Source: Propionibacterium ruminifibrarum (GTDB taxonomy: Bacteria; Actinomycetota; Actinomycetes; Propionibacteriales; Propionibacteriaceae). From it: DNA of 32,000 nucleotides. The notes beneath the pieces were generated by a model. That model did not search any database, was not told the DNA's origin, and saw only the letters and a list, made by a program, of their open reading frames with translations. The stretch covers positions 30,001 to 62,000 of the forward strand of contig NZ_OMOH01000009.1 in the NCBI RefSeq assembly GCF_900289195.1, written 5' to 3'. Positions 26,411-32,000 of the stretch are shown in pieces (the first letter of the stretch is position 1; every line of letters begins with the position of its first letter). The translations under genes were made by a program, and so were the position numbers.

Positions 26411-27973
26411 GTGAGCACACGTGTATATGTTGCGTCCCCCGATGCCCAGGCCGATCTGAGCGCCGTTGCTCAGGCCATCGCCGAGGCCGCGGGCCGCCAG
26501 TCCGATCCCGTCGCAGTTTTCCACCCGCTGTCCACGCAGGCCGCCTCCGACGGTCTCGTCGGCGCCTCCTTCGAGGAATTCGCCAAGAATCCCGATGAGG
26601 CCAGCGCCGGCATCATCGAACGTTTCGAGGCCCTCGCCGCGAAGGGCCACGTCGTCGCCGTGGGCACCGACTACACCGGCGTCACCGCCCCCACCGAGCT
26701 GGCCCTCAACGGCCGGCTGGCCGCCGACCTGGCCGCCCCTGTGGTGCTGGCCATCGACGCATCCAAGGGGCCCGATCACACGCTCGGCGCGGCCCGCGTC
26801 GCACTCGACGGGCTGGCCGGCGAGTGCGCCACCGTTGCGGCGATCGTCGCCACCAACCCCTCGCACACCGACGCCACCCGCACACTGCTGGCCTCGCTCG
26901 GCGTGCCGGCCGCCGTGCTCGGCGACGACCTCGCCGCCGTGCTCGCTGCCGCCTCGGAGCCGGTCGCCACCCGCACCCCGGCCCGCTTCAGCTACGAACT
27001 CATGGCCCAGGCCAGGTCCGACCTGAAGACCATCGTGCTGCCCGAGAGCGAGGACCCCCGCATTCTCGAGGCCGCCTCGATCGTCGCGGCCCGCGGTGTC
27101 GCCAAGGTCGTGCTGCTCGGCGAGGCCGACGAGGTGCGGGCCGAGGCCGCCAGGCTTGGCTTCAACCTTGACGGCGTCGAGATCGTCTCGATGAACGACC
27201 CGGAGCGGATCGAGACCTACGCCGCCAAGTTCGCCGAACTGCGCGCCAAGAAGGGCGTCACCATCGAACAGGCCCGCGAGACCATGACCGACGGCGCCTA
27301 CTTCGGCACGATGATGGTCTACATGGGCGGAGCCGACGGCCTCGTGTCGGGCGCCAACCACACCACGGCCAACACCATCCGCCCGGCCCTGCAGCTCATC
27401 AAGACCAACCCGGGCATGAAGACCGTCTCGGGCGCCTTCCTCATGAGCCTCAAGGATCGTGTGCTGCTGTTCGCCGACTGCGCCGTCACCCCGAACCCGG
27501 AACCGGCCCAGCTCGCCGACATCGCCGTGGCCAGCGCCGAGACGGCCCGCATGTTCAACATCGACCCGAAGGTCGCCATGCTGACCTACTCCACGGGCAC
27601 CTCCGGCAGCGGCCCGGACGTCGACCGGGTCCGCGCCGGCTACGAGGACGCCATCTCGCGCGTCCCGGACGAGAAGATCGCCGGCCCGATCCAGTTCGAC
27701 GCCGCCATCGACCCGGTCGTCGGCAAGAAGAAGATGCCCGACTCCGAGGTGGCCGGCAATGCGACCGTGTTCGTGTTCCCCGATCTCGAAGCCGGCAACA
27801 TCGGCTACAAGATCTGCCAGCGCACCGCCGGCGCGGTGGCCATCGGCCCGCTGCTGCAGGGCCTGCGCCGCCCCGTCAACGACCTGTCGCGCGGCGCCCT
27901 CGTCGATGACATCGTCAACACCATCATCATGACCGCCATCCAGGCCCAGGGCACGAGCGGCCCGCTCGCCTGA
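26411..27973 (+). CDS. pta: Phosphate acetyltransferase (long form with N-terminal extension)
   Basis: C-terminal PTA_PTB domain motifs: TIVLPESEDPRILEAA, GANHTTANTIRPALQLIKT, FADCAVTPNP, VFVFPDLEAGNIGYKI. The N-terminal extension is about 190 aa. It is followed by ackA. Confidence 0.9.
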   Translation: MSTRVYVASPDAQADLSAVAQAIAEAAGRQSDPVAVFHPLSTQAASDGLVGASFEEFAKNPDEASAGIIERFEALAAKGHVVAVGTDYTGVTAPTELALNGRLAADLAAPVVLAIDASKGPDHTLGAARVALDGLAGECATVAAIVATNPSHTDATRTLLASLGVPAAVLGDDLAAVLAAASEPVATRTPARFSYELMAQARSDLKTIVLPESEDPRILEAASIVAARGVAKVVLLGEADEVRAEAARLGFNLDGVEIVSMNDPERIETYAAKFAELRAKKGVTIEQARETMTDGAYFGTMMVYMGGADGLVSGANHTTANTIRPALQLIKTNPGMKTVSGAFLMSLKDRVLLFADCAVTPNPEPAQLADIAVASAETARMFNIDPKVAMLTYSTGTSGSGPDVDRVRAGYEDAISRVPDEKIAGPIQFDAAIDPVVGKKKMPDSEVAGNATVFVFPDLEAGNIGYKICQRTAGAVAIGPLLQGLRRPVNDLSRGALVDDIVNTIIMTAIQAQGTSGPLA

Positions 27974-27997
27974 GACCCGGACCTGACAAGGAGAGAA

Positions 27998-29188
27998 ATG
28001 GCCAAGCCAATCCTGGTGCTGAACTGCGGTTCCAGCTCCCTGAAGTACCAGCTGATCGACCCCGAGTCCGAGGCCGTGCTGGCCAAGGGGCTGGTGGAGC
28101 GCATCGGCGACGCGAACGACGGCATCGTCACCCACGAGGTCGGCGACGACGAGTTCTCCGTCACCCCGAAACTGCCCGACCACACGGTGGCCCTCGAGGC
28201 CGTCTTCTCGATGTTCGCCGACCACGGCCCGTCCCTCGACGACGTCGCGGCCGTCGCCCACCGCACGGTGCACGGCGGTGACCGCTTCGCGGCCCCGACG
28301 GTGATCGACGACGAGGTGCTGGCGACCCTCGAGGAGCTCGTCCCGCTGGCCCCGCTGCACAACCCCGCGGGCATCAAGGGCATCCGCGCCGCCCTCGAGC
28401 TGCTGCCGGGCGTGCCGCACGTCGGCATCTTCGACACCGCGTTCTTCGTCAACCTCCCGGACGAGGCGTACACCTACGCCATCAACCGCGAGCTGGCGAA
28501 GAAGCACTCGATCCGCAAGTACGGCTTCCACGGCACCAGCCACCAGTACATCGCCGGCCTGGTGCCGGGCGTGCTGGGCGCCGACGCGGGTTCGCTGCGC
28601 CAGATCGTCTGCCACCTCGGCAACGGCGCCTCCATCTCGGCCGTCAAGGGCGGCCGGGCCATCGAGACCTCGATGGGGCTGACGCCGCTCGCCGGACTGG
28701 TCATGGGCACCCGCTCGGGTGACATCGACCCGGGCATCTTCGCCTACCTGCACCGCGCCGAGGGCTGGGACGTCGACCGGATCGACGCCGAGCTCAACAA
28801 GAACTCGGGCATGCTCGGCATGTCGGGCGTCACCGACATGCGGGACGCCGAGGCCCAGTTCGAGGCGGGCGACGCGGACACGATCAACGCCATGAACGTG
28901 TACACGCACCGGCTGGCCTTCTACATCGGCGGCTACGCCGCCCTGCTCGGCGGCCTCGACGCGATCACCTTCACCGCGGGCATCGGCGAGAACTCGTCGT
29001 TCGTTCGCAAGCTGGTCTGCGACAAGCTGGCCGGTATCGGCGTCGTCCTCGACGAGGAGTTGAACAGCAAGCGCGACAAGGCCCCGCACCTCATCTCGGC
29101 CCCCGACTCGGCGGTCAAGGTGCTGGTCATCAGCACCAACGAGGAACTGGCCATGGCGCAGCAGGCCGCGAGCCTGCTGGCCGGCTGA
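27998..29188 (+). CDS. ackA: Acetate kinase
   Basis: Motifs: ILVLNCGSSSLKY, HRTVHGG, FDTAFF, YGFHGTSH, CHLGNGASI, GTRSGDIDPG, FTAGIGENS. SD AAGGAGAG before the ATG. Confidence 0.95.
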   Translation: MAKPILVLNCGSSSLKYQLIDPESEAVLAKGLVERIGDANDGIVTHEVGDDEFSVTPKLPDHTVALEAVFSMFADHGPSLDDVAAVAHRTVHGGDRFAAPTVIDDEVLATLEELVPLAPLHNPAGIKGIRAALELLPGVPHVGIFDTAFFVNLPDEAYTYAINRELAKKHSIRKYGFHGTSHQYIAGLVPGVLGADAGSLRQIVCHLGNGASISAVKGGRAIETSMGLTPLAGLVMGTRSGDIDPGIFAYLHRAEGWDVDRIDAELNKNSGMLGMSGVTDMRDAEAQFEAGDADTINAMNVYTHRLAFYIGGYAALLGGLDAITFTAGIGENSSFVRKLVCDKLAGIGVVLDEELNSKRDKAPHLISAPDSAVKVLVISTNEELAMAQQAASLLAG

Positions 29189-29205
29189 TCGCCTCCCTCC
29201 TCCTC

Positions 29206-29246
29206 GTGCAGGGGCCGGCGGGTGCCATCCCCACCGGCCCCTGCAC
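29206..29246 (+). terminator. Strong hairpin after ackA (terminator candidate)
   Basis: GTGCAGGGGCCGG-(15 nt)-CCGGCCCCTGCAC, a perfect 13-bp stem 18 nt after the stop, followed by GTGTGT rather than a clean U-tract. Confidence 0.6.
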
Positions 29247-29372
29247 GTGTGTCACCAACCCCACTCCCCGGCCCGGCGGCGCATCGCCCCCTGCCCCGGC
29301 CGCCCCACGCGGACTCGCCCGCATGGTGCGTACTGGTGGAGCCGATGCTGGGGACCGACTAGATTGGCTGCC

Positions 29373-30149
29373 ATGTCTACCGCACTCGTCACCGGGGGAA
29401 GTAGTGGCATCGGGCTGGCGTTCGCCCACGCCCTCGCGGCCCGCGGTGACGATCTGGTGCTCGTGGCGCGCGACGCCGCGCGGCTGGAGGAGGCGGCGCA
29501 GCAGCTGCGGGCCCGGCACCGGGTGGGAGTCGAGACCCTGTCGGCCGACCTGACCGCGGAGGAGGGCATCCGCGCGGTCGAGGCCTTCATCGACGCCCAC
29601 GAGATCGACACCCTCGTGAACAACGCCGGTTTCGCGGCGCACACCGACCTGCTCGAGGCCGACTGGACCGCCCAGGCGGCGGCGCTCAACGCGATGGCGC
29701 TGGCCGTCCTCGTCCTGTCGGGCGCCGCCGCGCGCCAGATGGCCGGACGCGGGGCCGGCGAGATCATCAACGTCTCCTCGATCAACGCCCTCATCGACGC
29801 CGACGTCTACTCGGCGACCAAGCGCTGGGTGATCGGCTACACCGAGGCCCTGGCCGGCCGGCTCACCGGCACGGGGGTGCACGCCACCGTCGTCCTGCCC
29901 GGCTGGGTGCGGACGAACTACCACGCGGCGGCCGGCATGCGCCGCCCCCACCTACCCGGCTGGGCGTGGACCAGCCCCGAGCAGGTGGCCTCCGAAGCGC
30001 TCGCGGCGGCCGCGGCGGGCAGGGTCCAGGTGACCCCGAAGACCATCTGGAAGGTGGCGGGCTGGATGCTGCGTCACGGTCCGGCCTGGCTTCCCCGCCG
30101 CGTGGCAGCAGGGGTGCGTCGCGGCCATGACAGGCAGGGGGCCCGCTGA
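29373..30149 (+). CDS. Short-chain dehydrogenase/reductase (SDR) family oxidoreductase
   Basis: TGGSSGIG cofactor motif, NNAG, and the catalytic S...YSATK. Start at MSTALVTGG. The ORF-track start at 29247 is an Arg/Pro-rich extension and is rejected. Confidence 0.85.
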   Translation: MSTALVTGGSSGIGLAFAHALAARGDDLVLVARDAARLEEAAQQLRARHRVGVETLSADLTAEEGIRAVEAFIDAHEIDTLVNNAGFAAHTDLLEADWTAQAAALNAMALAVLVLSGAAARQMAGRGAGEIINVSSINALIDADVYSATKRWVIGYTEALAGRLTGTGVHATVVLPGWVRTNYHAAAGMRRPHLPGWAWTSPEQVASEALAAAAAGRVQVTPKTIWKVAGWMLRHGPAWLPRRVAAGVRRGHDRQGAR

Positions 30150-30919
30150 TGGATTTCGGACGCAACCCACGCCTGTACAAGTCGACGGTGGCGGCCATCG
30201 CCCGCGACTCGGTGCGTTTCGGTCTCATCAAGCCCGTGCTCAACCGCGCCGTCAAGGTGCACGTGCACGGCCTGGAGCACCTCGACGGGCTGCGGGCGCC
30301 GTTCCTCGTCACGCCCAACCACTCCGGTCACCTGGACGGCCCGCTCATCATGCTGACGATGCCGAACCGGCTCACCAAGGAACTGGCCACCGGCGCCGCG
30401 GCCGACTACTTCTTCGACAAGTGGTACACCGCCATGGGCACCCACCTGCTCATGAACGCGTTCCCCGTCGACCGCACCCGCAGCAAGGGCAAGAACCACC
30501 GGGGCATGGCCGGTGAACTGCTCGACGCCGGCGTCTCGCTGCTCATCTTCCCCGAGGGCACCCGTTCACGAACCGGCGGCATGGGCCGCTTCAAGCCGGG
30601 CACCGCGGCCCTGGCGATCGCCCACAACGTGCCGATCGTGCCGGTCGCGCTCGTGGGCTCGTGGGCGGCGTGGCCGCCCACCGAGAAGCGGTGGCTGCCG
30701 GGCCGTCCCGACGTGCACGTCGTCTACGGCGCCCCGATGACCGCCGAACCGGGTGAGATCGCCCACGAGTTCTCCGAGCGGGTGCGCCGCAAGATCATCG
30801 AGATGCACGACGGCGTGGCCCGGGCCTACGGCATGCCCACCCAGGCCGAGATGATGCACCTGGCGGCCATCGAGCGGGCCCGTACCACGCAGGAGAAGGA
30901 CAAGAAGAGGGACGCCTGA
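30149..30919 (+). CDS. 1-acyl-sn-glycerol-3-phosphate acyltransferase family (PlsC-like)
   Basis: HX4D motif NHSGHLD and FPEGTRS motif. The ATG shares one base with the SDR stop (TGATG). Confidence 0.85.
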   Translation: MDFGRNPRLYKSTVAAIARDSVRFGLIKPVLNRAVKVHVHGLEHLDGLRAPFLVTPNHSGHLDGPLIMLTMPNRLTKELATGAAADYFFDKWYTAMGTHLLMNAFPVDRTRSKGKNHRGMAGELLDAGVSLLIFPEGTRSRTGGMGRFKPGTAALAIAHNVPIVPVALVGSWAAWPPTEKRWLPGRPDVHVVYGAPMTAEPGEIAHEFSERVRRKIIEMHDGVARAYGMPTQAEMMHLAAIERARTTQEKDKKRDA

Positions 30920-30989
30920 CCGCGGCACCGGGTCATGTTCGCCTGGCACCGCGGCCGGGGCGTCCCCTCCCGGTCAGCGGCCCCGGGGT

Positions 30990-32000
30990 TCAGGGCTTCA
31001 CGGTGCCATCGGCGTAGCGCGTGATGGTTCCGTGCTCGAATTCCTGCGTGCAGGTGCCGTCCTCATCGCAGCTCGCGTCGCCCACCGGGGCACCGTACTG
31101 GCTCGACAGGCCACCTGCCGCGTACCAGGTCTCGTAAGTGGCGCCCTCCACGACGGATCTGCGGCCGTTGGAGTCGAAGTAGACGAAGCCGCCCTGGAAG
31201 TACTGGAACACCGTACCGTTGTCGAAGCCCGTGTCATCGAGCGGGTAGCCGAGGGGGCCGTCCCACCAGCCGTGGTCCTCCCAGTAGTTCGCGATATCGC
31301 GGAGGACGCCATGGGCACCGGTGCTGGGGCTCCAGGCGATCTGCCCGAACTGGAAGAGCTGGATGCAGCCCCCCTCCGGGGGGAGGCCGCAGACCTGATC
31401 GCTCACCGGGTACTCGAGGATGAGACTCAGGTCCTTCCCGTACCACGCATCCTTGATGGCACCGGCCATGATGTAGGCGAAAAACCCGTCCCTGTTCTGG
31501 CGGACGATCTGCCCGTACTGGAAGTCCTGGATGCAGCCGTATCCATCGACCTCGCAGTCCTCATCACCGGTGGGATAGCCGAGGGAACCCTCCTCCTTGC
31601 CGGCGAGTTCCCATGCCTGGGCGATCCTGCCGGAGGTGGGGTGGGAGCCGGTAGCCGGAGACCAGTGGATCTGCCCGCCCTCGAAGCTCTGGTAGCAGCC
31701 GCCGCCCTTGAGCCCGCAGACCTCGTCACTGGTGGGGTAGCCGAGGAAACCCCGGTGGGAATCCAACGAGACCCACTTGCCCCGGATGGACCCGACGCTG
31801 ACGTGGGCGCCGGTCGCCTCGGACCAGTAGATGGCCCCGCCCTGGAAGTTCTGGTAGCAGCCGCCCCTCCTCAGCCCGCAGACCTCCTTGCTGGTGGGCT
31901 GGCCCAGACGACTGGAGGCGCCGCCATAGGATTCGTACTTCGCGCTGATCTCAGAGGCGGCAACGGCCTGGCCGGTGGGGACCAGCTGGATCAGGCCGAC
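30990..32000 (-). CDS. LGFP-repeat protein (3' part; gene continues past the window end)
   Basis: Repeats of the form LGYPtsDE.CGL..GGC.Q.FQgG.I.WSp.TGah. The ORF-track TTG start at 31766 is not the real start. My hand translation of 31767-32000 stays open and adds another repeat (VGLIQLVPTGQAVAASEISAKYESYGGASSRLGQPTSKEVCGLRRGGCYQNFQGGAIYWSEATGAHVSVGSIRGKWVSL). Confidence 0.8.
   Translation of the reverse strand, partial: VGLIQLVPTGQAVAASEISAKYESYGGASSRLGQPTSKEVCGLRRGGCYQNFQGGAIYWSEATGAHVSVGSIRGKWVSLDSHRGFLGYPTSDEVCGLKGGGCYQSFEGGQIHWSPATGSHPTSGRIAQAWELAGKEEGSLGYPTGDEDCEVDGYGCIQDFQYGQIVRQNRDGFFAYIMAGAIKDAWYGKDLSLILEYPVSDQVCGLPPEGGCIQLFQFGQIAWSPSTGAHGVLRDIANYWEDHGWWDGPLGYPLDDTGFDNGTVFQYFQGGFVYFDSNGRRSVVEGATYETWYAAGGLSSQYGAPVGDASCDEDGTCTQEFEHGTITRYADGTVKP

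Noticed and set aside
15253-29089. Other large shadow ORFs: 15253..16260 (-), 16858..18858 (-), 18360..19313 (+), 19906..21147 (-), 21190..23280 (-), 24383..25222 (-), 25594..26418 (-), 26249..29089 (-, 946 aa)
   Set aside because: Each lies antisense to, or out of frame with, a gene that has full family motifs (BtuF-like, acyl-CoA synthetase, nfo, SNF2, kinase, pta, ackA). The translations are low-complexity and R/G/P/A/H-rich.

Overview
High-GC actinobacterial-type chromosomal segment. Hand counts of typical 60-nt lines give 45/60 and 46/60 G+C. It is densely coded, with about 29 protein genes, many joined by 1-4 nt start/stop overlaps. I recognised no rRNA, tRNA, CRISPR array, transposase or integrase. 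Gene order: (1) a siderophore-type ABC importer, with two FecCD permeases divergent from a lipoprotein binding protein and an ATPase; (2) a short ANL-family ligase coupled to a thiolase-fold protein; (3) a lactose/galactoside locus, with a GH2 beta-galactosidase and GPH symporter operon divergent from a LacI-family repressor, and two CG-centred palindromes between them; (4) a small W/D-rich hypothetical protein; (5) a lower-GC insert at about 12.2-15.7 kb (hand-counted lines 29-36/60 G+C). This insert carries an SMC/OLD-type ABC ATPase, an overlapping TOPRIM-like partner ORF cut by an in-frame TAA, about 360 bp with no intact ORF, an XRE-HTH protein fused to about six TM helices, and a coupled alpha/beta hydrolase. 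After the insert come: (6) a signal-less BtuF-like binding protein; (7) an nfo / long-chain acyl-CoA synthetase / TetR string; (8) a SWIM-SNF2 helicase; (9) a divergently arranged NarL/LuxR response regulator and HisKA_3 kinase plus a membrane protein; (10) pta-ackA; (11) an SDR reductase overlapping a PlsC-type acyltransferase; (12) an LGFP-repeat protein running off the right edge. The best candidate for an accessory or defence-type system is the ATPase plus decayed TOPRIM-like module inside the low-GC insert. It looks inactivated here, and I cannot show that it is novel without database searches. All family assignments come from motif reading of the supplied translations and my own hand translations. 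No searches were run.
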